64,000 bases of DNA from the human T2T-CHM13v2.0 reference genome, Homo sapiens. Shown piece by piece: positions 28,248 through 41,815 of this stretch (positions are counted from its first letter, which is position 1; each line of letters starts with the position of its first letter). Under the pieces are notes generated by a model, which worked only from the letters and a program-made list of their open reading frames with translations, had not been told where the DNA came from and made no database searches. The DNA lies in the NCBI RefSeq assembly GCF_009914755.1, contig NC_060927.1. One strand, 5' to 3'. A program made the position numbers and the translations under genes.

Positions 28248-28789
28248 TACTTATTTGCTCATGATCTGAGTGGGCTAAGTCTACCGAGGGAAGACCCTTA
28301 AGTGTCTGTAAAAATAGGGAAGGAAAAGATGGGTCTGTCACTTGTGTTCGGACTGGTAGCAACCACAGTGGCCCAGTGAGCAATGTCTGGGTGGTCAAGG
28401 CTCCAAGCTTCTCATTCTCAGTCCTAACTATGTGGCTTATTTTTATTGTTATTAACAATTGAACTCTTGGTGACATTGTTGTCTCATTTTTAGAATGGAA
28501 CAAAGTTTGTGACACAGGAGTTTTAATAAATTGTCATTTTTGTAAGTATTTGAGATTAGAAGTTATTGGTGAACATTGATGGAAGAGTTTTGTGAATCAA
28601 TTTCTTGACTTTAAGTGCCTATCTCTTTGACTTTAGCTATATTAAAGATCCTGGAAGGTGTGCTTTATAAAAAATATACATACATTTAACACATTCTCAT
28701 AAGCTGAGGCTCAGGATCCAAATATAGTCTGTTTCGTTAACTCTCATCACAACTCAGAACTTGTGATACATAGTTTAAAATTATTTTTA

Positions 28790-29820
28790 AAAAATAAAGT
28801 TAAAAAATTTGTGCATCAAATACAATATAAGTAGAGTGAAAAGACAATCTGCAGAATGGGAGAACATATTTGCAAATCGTATACCTGATAATGAATGAAT
28901 TTTCTGAATATATACAGAACTCTTAAAACCGAGCAACAAGAAACCCCAAACCACCTGATTCAGATCTGGGCAGACTTTAATAGAAATTCCTCCAAAGAAG
29001 ATATACAAATAGCCAAGAGGCACAAGAATACGATGTCACTAATCCTTAGGGAAATGCATATCAAAACCAAAAGATACCACCTCTCACACCCATTAGAATG
29101 GCTATACTAAAACACAGACACACACACACACACAAGTGTTGGTGAGGATGTGGAGAAATTAGAACTCTTGTGTACTGTTGGTTGGGAGGTAAAATGGTAT
29201 ACCCTCTGTGTGAAAGAGTATGATGGATCCTCAATTAAATATGTAATTACCATATGATCCAGCAATTCCACTTCTGAATATATACCCCAAAGAAATGAAA
29301 ACAGAGTCCTGAAGAGATATTTGTACATCCTTGCTCATAGCAGCATTATTTGCAATAGCTAAAATGTGGAAGCAACAAATTGTTCATTGATGGATGAATA
29401 AATTAGCAAAATGTAGTATAGAAATAGAATGGAGTATTATTTAGCCTTAAAAAGGAGGGAAATTATGACATATCCTACAAAAAGGATGAACCTCAATGAC
29501 ACTATGTTAAGTGAAATAAGCCAGGCACATAAAGACAAATAGTGTATGATTCCACTTACGTAAAGTGCTTACAGTAGTCAGAATTATAGAGACAGACAGT
29601 AGAATGGAGGTTGCCAGAGGAAGTGGCAGGGGAAATGAGGAGTTATTGTTTAATGGGTATACAGTTTCAGTTATATGAGATGAAAATAATTATTGAGATG
29701 GATAGTGGTAATGGTTACACATTATGAAAAAATTCTATAGTATTGAGTTGTACAGTTAATAATGGTTAAGATGTTACATTTTATGTGTATTTTAACAAAA
29801 TAAAAAACTAGAAAAAAATA
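28790..29820 (+). mobile_element. L1MB-like 3' fragment
   Basis: CAGAATGGGAGAACATATTTGCAAATC, CCATATGATCCAGCAATTCCACTTCTG; 3' UTR GAGTTATTGTTTAATGGGTATACAGTTTCAG; A-rich tail. Confidence 0.85.
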
Positions 29821-32124
29821 AACTTAAGTACCCAACTTAAATATGGATATCTTAAGAGTATCACTGGTAGTTTCTCCTTGGCCTAACCATCCATATATAG
29901 AATTTCCATGTGGCTTTATTGCTGTTGACCTGTAGCTTGGATATTTAAATTAGGATCTGTGTTTTCCCACTAAGTCAACTGTTTGTCTCATGCTCCTTAT
30001 CTAGTTTACTGTAGCACTGTGTACCAAGTTGTTTAGTTTTGAAAATTATGGTTATTCTTCATGACTTTCCTTTCACTACATTTAATCATGTGTCAAAACT
30101 TTTCAGTCCTACCTTTAACAGTTCTAACACTTACTCTTTTTTATTTGTCTTTGAGGCTAGCAGTCTATCTATAAAAATGGTGGTAATAATGATTTTCTCT
30201 AGGGGACTTTTCTTGTCTTTGGAGGGCTTTTCTGAATTTTCCAACTTTTTTACAATTAATTATCACCAGAAAAAAAGAATATAAAAATGTAATAAAAGCT
30301 GTTATTGAGTTTTTAATTGGGTTATTCTCAATGCCCTTTATCTAATTCATTGATGTGAACTATTTCTCAGTATATGGTGTATGTGTCTACCTGTCAGAAT
30401 CTTCTGGAGACCCAGACCCTTACAACATTGCACAGAGTCTAGACATTCTATACTGTTCATTGACTTAAATTTAGATGATGTTTCTGGAGAAGGTAGGAAC
30501 CACACAAAATTTTGTTTGTCATGAGGCTGTTCATAAGGTTAAAAAATAAGTAAAACAAATCCTCAAAATGTCAATCCTCAAAAATCCTCAAAATTTCAAA
30601 TGGTAGAAAGTAAGAAAATGGGAAGAGAGAGAGACAGAGTGAGCGCCCCCAAACAGTGACTGCCAGCTTTCTTTGAAAGTTACCATCAAGCTTTTTCATT
30701 ATTTCAAGAATTTACCTTATTCTCTGTTGCTTTCTTCAACTTTTAGTTTAATTTTCTTTTGTACATCATTTTGCTAACTTTTCTTTCATCTTTTCAACAT
30801 TATGTTGAAACTTATCATTATGTGTCTAGGCAGTAAGTTTCAGAGCAGTTGGGCATTTGAATATTACAACATTCAGAGTAATTTATTCCAGACCATTAGT
30901 ATATATTGTATATCTATTTAGTCTAAAAGTTTGACAAAGTTTATGACAGTGGCTGAGGAAGAGGAATCCCTACAGAAGGAAGAAAAGAAATTTCATTCTA
31001 GCTGGCTAGACTAGACGGCATTTCCTACTAAGCTCCCCAAATATTGGCAATTGGCAAGTAATGATTTTGGTATAAATTATACACTTTGATATGTACAGAA
31101 AAGTTATGGAACATTTTACATGAAGTAATAGTATTAAGTAATTTGATTGAACTAATGACTGCTTAATCTGATATCTGACAAAATAAGCAACACTAAATAT
31201 GACACACTTGCCCTTTATGGACTTAAATTCTGGAACAGTCCAAATTTCCATTTTTACTGTTCTTTGTAGATCTTTGAATAACTTTAATAAACAATCAGGA
31301 AACTTTCAACCTTCAGCTTACAAATTGCATGGCCACTTCTAGATAGATTGCTCAAATCTTAGTTATTCTTACTAACTGACAATAACTGTATCTAATTTTT
31401 AAAGTAAAAGTTCATTTCTTGTTTAATTTTCTTTGAAGCATAATCATTCTTGTTATAAGTTGTGTTCAGGGACACACCTCTTGATAGATGATTAAATGTC
31501 TCTCCTATCCTTGGATCCTCTCTCCCCTTCTTAACTTTCATTATATCAGAATTGTTCCCATCAGATGAGTAGCTTCAAATAACAATGCTTATATATTTCA
31601 CTGGGAATTTAACACCTTTAAAAAAGGTGCTGGTGTAATCAATCAATACAAATAACCAAAAAAGGAAAAAAACCCAACTAATCTTGATTACATGCTTTTA
31701 AACATTTTTAAACACTCAAGCTACCTGCTTTTAAAGAATCACAGAAAAATGGAATATAACTTGGCTGTGCACTGATTTGTATAGGCAGTCCAGTAGACAC
31801 AGTGAGGGCGCAAGCTTCTCTATTACTTTAAATCTTTGAGAATTTTGGTGAGCCTATGATTGGATATAGTGATATAGACTGAATAATCTTCTTTTGAATT
31901 CAAATGAATCTCCAGCAATTTTCTTCTTCCACTATGATGAAAATAGTTACTGTTAAATCAGTTGGTTCCTACAACCTTGGAACAATTGCAAGAGCATTTA
32001 TACAATTCGGCAAAATGGAAGGGAATCAGAGGCATAATTGTCTAATATATACACTCAAAATATCTACTCTATGGTACAGACGTTTGTAGACACACACATT
32101 CATTTTCTTTGCTTATTCTTTTTA

Positions 32125-32361
32125 ATAATAATAACTAACACGTACATAGTCATTACTAAGTGCCAGATACCGTTTTAAAACTGTTACATAGTATTGATTA
32201 ATTATCTTCACAACAATCCAATAAGGTAAGTCTTATTATCCTTCCACTTTACAGAGGCGGAACTGAGGCAAAGAGATGTTAAGTTACATCCTCAAGGTCA
32301 TATGGATGGCGAGTAGCAGGTGGAATTAAATCCAGGTCTCTATATTAGAATCCATCCTCTT
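32125..32361 (-). mobile_element. MIR, near full length
   Basis: ATAATAACTAACAC...CCACTTTACAGAGGCGGAACTGAGGCAAAGAGATGTTAAGTTAC...CAAGGTCA. Confidence 0.8.
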
Positions 32362-32529
32362 ATGTGTTGATGTATTTCTCTCTGCCTATATTATAGACTT
32401 CTTGAGGGTAAAGACTTTCTTATTCAGTGACAGAGTAGACATGACTCTGGTTTCAGAGACAGACAGACATGAATTAGAATTCTAAGACTTCATAAGTTAA
32501 CTTAGACAAATTATCAGTACACATACAAA

Positions 32530-32724
32530 TAGTGGTGTGCTGTAAATTGACTCTCCAAAACAACAACAACAACAAAAAACAAAGCCCTAATTTATACTTT
32601 CTGCTGATTTCCATGACGTAAATACTCTTGACATGACAAATTTCAAGTTGCCAGTGATTTCGCAACAGGCTTGCAAAATTTCTGAAATTTCAATAATCAG
32701 CAAAATGGCTCCAACACATCGCTG
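32530..32724. mobile_element. MER63-like (hAT-Blackjack)
   Basis: Ends TAGTGGTGTGCTG and CAACACATCGCTG; internal AAAGCCCTAATTT...GATTTCCATGACGTAAATACTC. Confidence 0.65.
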
Positions 32725-33139
32725 ATGGAGGGTGGGTAACTTGTCACTCTTGTTTAAACTCCTGGGTCATCAACACTAGAAAAGCACTTGGCATGTGGTG
32801 GTTGCTCATTCATATTTATTAAACGAATGAATGAGAATGTCCCTTATACTCCTTTTACTCACAGTTTACTGTATTAGTAAAATATTCATACTTGTAGGTA
32901 GGTTGTTGAATGTCTTAAGTATTAACTGAAAAAAAAGTCTACAAAAAGCCTACCAAAATGCTTGGCACTTAATGGAACTCACAGGTTAATTTTTATCCTT
33001 TGGAATTCTCTCTTGTCTTTAAAGTGCCTTCTATCTAGCAGGTAAGTACTAAATGAATGAATGAATAAATGAGTGAATGAATGAAATTAGTAAAAAGCAT
33101 CAGTTTCAAATGAATATGCTTGTTATAAATTGTGTTCAG

Positions 33140-34909
<1,770 letters not shown>

Positions 34910-35128
34910 ATAACTTGTGTTTAGGAACTCACATCTTCACATATAATTGTTTCTCCCACCCTTAGATCTGAACTTTCCTTCTTAACTTTCCTCATAGGAG
35001 AAGTGTTACCATCAGATGAGTAGGCAGGGTCAATTTTAGTCTTTATTAATGTGTAATGGATATAAATATGTGACAGAATTTACACTTTTGTGACTTCCCC
35101 ATACTTATAAGGGGCTTTCTTGCCTTAG

Positions 35129-35360
35129 CACAGGGATGTGAATTCAAATGTCTACAGAAGCCAAGCTATTATTAATGTAAATGATTGAAATGTGCTCAAT
35201 GTCAAGACAACAGGGAATGATTGGCATTTAGGTAAACTGGAGATCCCACACCCAGCATATGGACACGCAAATTTAAATATTTTTATACTTCTGTGCGAGC
35301 CAAACAAAACAAGTCTTGGGCTGGGTTTGGCTCATGGGTACACAGTATTTAATCTTTGCC
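35129..35360. mobile_element. MER102-like (hAT-Charlie)
   Basis: AATTCAAATGTCTACAG...GCCAAACAAAACAAGTC...GGGCTGGGTTTGGCTCATGGG. Confidence 0.55.
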
Positions 35361-35674
35361 TTTGTAATGGTAAAAATCATGAACTGGAGCCAACACTGGT
35401 TTGATTTGATATCTAGTTTTTCCGCTTTACAGCAGGTGGCCCTAGCAAGTTACTTAACTACGCTGCAAAATCCAAGAGGTCGCTATGATTCCCAGAGGAG
35501 GAGGCTCTGGGTGAGATCGGGAGCAAGTGCAGGCATACCTGAGATGAAATGTTAATCCTCAGATAAATCACCGGGCAAGGGAGTCAGGGACCATTTTACT
35601 TGCGTCTTTTCCTTCCGCATATAGGACTGGAGAAAGAATTCTCCGTCTTATTATTGGAGACCTCCTAATACAAT

Positions 35675-35826
35675 AACTGATTCTCAATCTTGACTGCCCA
35701 TTGGAATCACCTGTGGAGCTTAAAACTCTTGATTCCTGAATTCTAAGCCCAGATACTTTGATGTAATTGATCAGGAGTTTGGTCATCATCAGGTGATTCT
35801 AATGTGCAGCCAGGGTTAAGAAACAT
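35675..35826. mobile_element. MER5B
   Basis: TTCTCAATCTTGACTGCCCATTGGAATCACCTG...CAGGTGATTCTAATGTGCAGCCAGGGTTAAGAA. Confidence 0.65.
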
Positions 35827-36299
35827 ATAAATTATGAATTATATGTTTATATTGTATGAATTATATGCTAAAAGATGCAATGAGGAAAAAAATTGTATGA
35901 TTTTCTGTGACATTATGTGAATTGCTTTTATGTACCATTGTAGCTTGCGATTTTCTTTGACAAATGAATGCACAAAAGCTATTTCCACTGAACTTCAAAT
36001 ATTTTTAAAAACAGCCGTAAAATATCCAAACTGCTTTCTGTTAAAAAAGGGAATTCTGCCTTCATGGGACATGTAGAATTACGTGTGATTGTTACTTTAA
36101 GACATGAATATTCCATCAATTATCTCTTGCTCCCTGAATTCTGCTTTGCCCTCTATACGAACTCCCACCAAGAAAAAGCTTAAATGTTTCACCTAATTCT
36201 CCATGCGGCTGCTTACCTATTTAGGTTAGGGTACAAGAGTTGATGAGAAATTCTTTGGGAAGCCAAGCACAAGTTTTTGCTTTCAACTATTTATAGCAA

Positions 36300-37050
36300 T
36301 CAGCTGGCTTTTCCAGTCCCTCATTAGATCAATCATGGCCATTGTCTTACAGTTGAGTGGGAAATCGTTACAGGTGGAAGAAGGCACGATGCCGCTAATT
36401 CAGCAGAGGCCCCCGCCTAACAGGAAAGCTGCAAGGAATTACAATCAAATAGGAGACTTGTCAGGGGAATGGGGTTGCTTCCAAGACAGAATTTCTGAAG
36501 ACTCTCTGGATTCTGGGTTGAGCATAAAATAAAACGTAGAGAGAAATTGCAACAAACCTACATACACATAAGAGAAGACCACCCTTTTTTTCAGGCACAA
36601 AGTCTGGTGTTGGACTTCCAGCATTAGCTGAAATGCTGCTTGGTACTGACACGCTCATATTTGGCGGGGGCTTATCTTTTTTACGGGCCATTTATTTGGG
36701 AATGGGTTTTACAGGTGGCTCTGCTGTGGGGTCCAAATCCTGGGCTTACGTAGCATAGCATGCTGCACATCTTTGCAGCTGAATCAAGTGCCACGTGTTA
36801 TGGGCTGTTGCTGGCCAACAATTTGGGAAGTTCTTTTACCCTCTCTTTGCTTTTTCCCTGGGCTGTTGAGCAATGATAGTCAAAGGCCAGCTGAACCCAT
36901 CATGAGTGGGAGGCAAAAGAGAAATTGCTGGTGTCCAGATTTTTTCTTGGGCCTATATATGGGCTCTCGGGTGACCCTGGGAGCAGGTGGGACTAATTTG
37001 GCACCCTTCCCAATAAAACCTGCCTCAAAAAATCAGTTTATTTGAAGGAG
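36300..37050. promoter_or_regulatory. Candidate enhancer (repeat-free, CpG-retaining, motif-dense)
   Basis: 10 CpG in 36361-36800; ATCAATCA, CCATTGTC, GTGGGAA, CCCCGCC, CTTATCT, TTTTACGG, TCAAGTG, CACGTG and CCAATAAAA motifs. Function is inferred only. Confidence 0.4.
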
Positions 37051-37335
37051 TTAACGAAAGTACTAGATATTTTTTACCCACTGACAGAGGGAAAACTAGT
37101 GCACACGTCTGAATAAATAACTGAAAATGGCTTCTCACTGTTCAGGAAGTACAATCAATTTGAAATTAGGATTATGGAAACATCTGCGAAAATTCAAGTG
37201 TCATCTCAATTTGGGCTCATTCAGATCCTGTATTTTTCAACTTCCCAAGCAGTGCATTTAAAATCTAATCCTAATTAACACACATAGTTTAATTATAGCC
37301 AACAAAATATTCTACAAAAATTGTGTGTGCTGGTT

Positions 37336-37369
37336 GGGGGGATGGGTGGGGAGGGAGGAGGCGAGGGGG
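37336..37369 (+). other. Potential G-quadruplex
   Basis: GGGGGG-AT-GGG-T-GGGG-A-GGG plus a fifth GGGGG run at 37365-37369. Confidence 0.6.
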
Positions 37370-38632
37370 AAGCCAGACAAATGTTCCCTGATTGTAAAAA
37401 TTCTTGTTTGGTTAATAATATAAATCCCCAAGATTTTAAACACACACTGAAGTTTGCTTAACATGAATCAAAGTAACATAAAAAAGCATGGAGCCTGAAT
37501 TCTGTTCTAGTTCTACTTTTTGCCTTCTTCCTATTTCTTGTTAACCTGGAAAGAACAAAGAACTTGTTCATTTGGCTCTGTTACTTTTGTGAAGACCTTT
37601 GTCGCTTTGTTTATCTTCTTTCTCTGATCAGAAGATAAACCTTTATGGTTGTGTGTGAGTACAAATAAAGGAATAAATCTACTTGCATAAAGCAAACTTT
37701 ATGGTCTGTTGTTTTAGTGATGAGAAATACCTCCAAGGATTTGAAGGTTTAACTGAGAGGCACGCCAATACGTTTTGATGCTTTATTGGAACCTCATCCT
37801 AATCAACCAAAACACAGCAATCAACCATCTTGCAGAATTATCAAAGCTTTTCCCCTCCCAAACCTGGCATAAGTGGAATGTGCAAAGGGAAAATAAATTT
37901 TAAGAAAACAAAACAAAAATCAAGTAAACAAGAGGGAAAAAGTCCCCATTTGGAACCTCAAAAATCATTTTAACTAAAATTAACTCTGAGAGAAAGCTTA
38001 AAAATTCAAGTAGACTTAGTCTTGGTCATTTTGTATGATTATTTTGGTCAATAATAAGTCTAAGAGAAAAAGTAAAATTTTCTTATTTTCTTACTCATTT
38101 TGCTCCTCCATCACGTAGGTTAAAATACAGGGGACTGACTTCTGTTCTAGATTCTGTTAGCAGAATTGTATTGTACTGTTATTGTTGGAAAATGAAAAAC
38201 AATAAAAGAAAAAAGTAAAATTCTGAAAATTTTACTGTGGTGTTTGCTGTTAATTAAATTTGACCCTCTGTTAGTATTAAACTAGTCTATATTTCTGAGG
38301 ATAAGGAGGTGATATTTCTTCTTAGATTAACATTACTGCGATTTCCCGCATGTAAGCCCAGTCTTGAAGACAAAATTCATTTGCTTCAGTACTTAATGAT
38401 CTATACATTTTCTTTGTCTATAAATCAATTCCATTCCTTTATTCATCACGATTTCCAAAAATTTATAACAATGGAGGCAGTTCGTAGTTGGCTAATAGTA
38501 ATGAATTAGTTACAGAGAATGTGCTATGATATTTTATAGAAAAGAACCCTAAATTTCTCTGCAGAATCCAGTGGCTCAGACAGGCCTTAATCATAGGAAT
38601 GTCAGATATTTCCATACTTACAGAATAAAATT

Positions 38633-38705
38633 TATAGACTAGAATAAATCTTGAAAAGTTGTAAATAGTTGTATAGACTAGAATAAATCTTGAAAAGGTG
38701 TAAAT
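38633..38705. repeat. 34 bp direct duplication with 5 bp spacer
   Basis: TATAGACTAGAATAAATCTTGAAAAG(T/G)TGTAAAT at 38633-38666 and 38672-38705; one mismatch. Confidence 0.9.
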
Positions 38706-39177
38706 TTTGATTAAATTTTACCTATTGACCTATTGTGTAGTTAATATTTGTAATTTTTTGCCAATTCTTTTTCTCATTTTCTTTTTCTTTCTCTCTCATT
38801 GTCTCATCTCTTTTTTCTAGTGTCTTGCTCTCCAAACTCCATGAACAAGGGACTACTAATTTCTAGCTCTATCATAGAGCCTAGCAAAGGGTCTCCCACA
38901 TAATAAGCAAAATATACAAATTGAATGAATGAATGAATTTTACGATTTATTAATTTCCATGATGAAATTAGAGATATGATTTCTGTCTGGAGGCTATAGA
39001 ATCAATCATAATAATTTAATGACAGAAAAGATAGAAAACTATTACAAGTCATTTAACAAAATAACATTTTATAATAGTAGATTATAATATGTTTTTATAA
39101 TTATATAATGTGATTATATAATAACAGTAGCATAATGGTCAAAGCAAGTCGCAAGGTAAGAATGAAAAAACTGTAAG

Positions 39178-39405
39178 GGATTTAGAGCTCAGAAATTGGA
39201 ATCAGGACACCTGGATCCAAATTCTACGGCTTCCTCTTCACAGCTGTGTGGCCGATCTATCTGCTTAACCTCTGTAAGTCTTGATGTCTTCATCTATAAC
39301 ATGGATTTTGGAATTTAGTAAGAATTCAGTAAATAGTGCTTTTCAAGTTCTCAACAAAGTACCTGGAAATTAGTTAAGGATAATAAATTGAAGTGATTAT
39401 TACTA
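39178..39405 (+). mobile_element. MIR
   Basis: TGGAATCAGGACACCTGGATCCAAATTC...GCTTAACCTCTGTAAGTCT...TCTTCATCTATAA. Confidence 0.6.
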
Positions 39406-40180
39406 GCTAGGAATGTTTTTATTTTTGGCACAATAACTTAAAGATCTGAAGAAGAAAATACCCACAAAAACTGAACTGTACAGAACACTATGGATTAAAA
39501 TGCCCCAGACTCTTTCAAACTCCTTCCAGATATTCTGTGGCAGAAAGCTCTATGATCTCTCTGGATTCTGGGCCCCGTCTTCTGGTATAATGTGGAAGTT
39601 CTTGGCTTGTGGAAAGAAACAGGTTGTTCTGGGCTGAGGAGTAGAAGTACAGAGGGGCAGAAATGCAACCACAAATTAAGGAAAACAGAAAAGTGGAGTC
39701 TCACATTTCCAATCTTCCATAGTTCATATACATCCAAACACTTTCCCAAAGTTTCTGACTCCCAATGTGATGAGAACAGAAAGCACACTGTAACCAAGAA
39801 GGTAAAGTTTATCAGGCATTCTGTTATTGTGCTGACCAGAAATTAGTGCTCACATCCTAAAAATTATTGTGGAAATAATATTAAGAATATATTTATAAAA
39901 CAAAAACTAATAAGAATAATTATCCATTTTGCATTAAAATTGAGTCATGACACTAAAGCTATATTTTTAGTCATGGAAATTGTAAAACAGATACATACAA
40001 AATTGGAGTCATGAGAATGAATTTTATTACTATGGCTAACCTACAAACAAGCGTGATAATTTTGCTATCAACATATTTATGTGCAATTATAGGTGGAGTG
40101 GGCAGGGCTGATCAAAGATTATGAGCATAAATAGGTCACGCGATCAAAAGATTAAAGATGGGTGGCAAAGACAGTGTATT

Positions 40181-40618
40181 CTATTTCCAATAGAAAAGAC
40201 ATGGAATCAACCTAAATGCCCATCAGTGGTAGACTGGATAAAGAAAATGTACATATACACAATGGAATATTATGCAGACATGAAAAAGAATGAGATCATG
40301 TCCTTTGCAGGGACATGGTTGGAGCTGGAGGCCATTATCCTCACCAAACACAGGAGCAGAAAACCAAATACCACATGTTCTCATTTTAAGTGGGAGCTAA
40401 ATGATGAGAACACATGGACACATAGAGGGGAACAACACACACTGGGGCCTATTGGAGGGTGGAAGGTGGAAGGAAGGAGAGGATTAGGAAAAATAACTAA
40501 TGGCTACTAGGCTTAATACCTTGGTGATGACATAATCTATACAACAAACCTCTATGGGGCAAGTTTACCTAGATAAGAAACTTGCACACACACCCCTTAA
40601 CTTAAAGGTTAAATAAAA
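40181..40618 (+). mobile_element. L1PA12-14-like short 3' end
   Basis: KTWNQPKCPSVVDWIKKM peptide; 3' UTR GGGAGCTAAATGATGAGAACACATGGACAC; exact 14 bp TSD AAAGACAGTGTATT at 40167-40180 and 40619-40632. Confidence 0.9.
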
Positions 40619-41369
40619 AAAGACAGTGTATTAGGGAAATAGGTAGAAGGGGTATGGAGTTGAATGTAGGAGGGTAGTAGAGGCATTTGGAACTTTTAAC
40701 AGTGCCCTTATTTGTGTGTTTAGAGGGCTGTAATAGAGGATTAGAAGAAACACTAAATATCGAATTTTCTTATTTTAAAGCCAAAATGTCATAAATGTCA
40801 TAAACACAAAATGCAATGTGTGTCAGGTAGAGTCAGTTGGAGACAGAACATGGCTTGGAAATGAAGCATTCCACTTATGTAGATCCACTGAAGTGGCTAC
40901 CTGCTTTATGGTTTAATTTCATCTGTGATTGTACAATTGCCACTAGTTTTGTTCCATGGCCATAGATTTTAAATATAAAGGCAGAAATGCCTGCTGCAAG
41001 AGGAGAAAAGGTATTCTCTTTCCAAGAAATTTAAAGTATTAGTTGAGCTACTTAGAGGAAGATGCTTTGGAGCTATTGTTTCATTGTGAATGTCCTGTTG
41101 CACAGGTCTGCTTTCATCCCAAGGCATTATTTAACTCTTCCTTAGTTCTAGGAACAATCTAGTACTTTTCTAATAAGTATTTCCCCTTCTTTACATTAGC
41201 TCACCAGCAATTACCCACTACCCAAAAGACCTTATGTGATTTATCATCCATGTCTTCCTGTTCCCCAATGATGGTGGCTGAAGGTTCAGAGGATTGGACA
41301 GCTAAGTACAAAGAAGTTGTTGGTCATATAGAACAAGTTATCCCATGATTTATAAAAGACAAACAAATT

Positions 41370-41645
41370 TTGCAGCAGCTCATTTCAATTTCCAAGCTTG
41401 GGGAAAATTAAGCCATATGTAGTGATTAACTAAGCAGGCTCTGGAGTTTGAATCTTGCTTCTGTCTTTTACCATGGGACCTAAGCTATTTAAGCTCTCTA
41501 GGTGCTTGGTTTCCTTATCTGACAAAAGGGAAATAATGTAGGTTTGTGAGGATTAAATGAAGAGTAGGACATAAAGCACTTAGCTTAATATGGTACTTAT
41601 TAACAGCTCAGTAAATGTGGTGTTTTTTTGTTGTCTTATGTTATT
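41370..41645 (+). mobile_element. MIR
   Basis: CAGGCTCTGGAGT...GTTTCCTTATCTGACAAAAGGG...TTGTGAGGATTAAATGA...TAAAGCACTTAG. Confidence 0.65.
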
Positions 41646-41815
41646 ATGAGATATTCCTTAAAACAGGTAGCATAAACATTGCTTTTTCCATTTTATATTT
41701 TCAAAAGTTGAGGCTGTAAAAGATTAAATGGTCAACATCACACAATGATAGAGCCAGGGTCATATTCCAACATTTTGATGTCGTTCACAAATATTTACTG
41801 AGTGTCTACAATGTA

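Noticed and set aside
30642-30657. CTCF-like GCGCCCCCAAACAG
   Set aside because: Only the GGGGGCGC half matches; three mismatches in the other half.
35530-35541. CAGGCATACCT identical to the Tigger1 terminus
   Set aside because: Only 11 bp, no TA target and no continuing Tigger sequence; likely chance.
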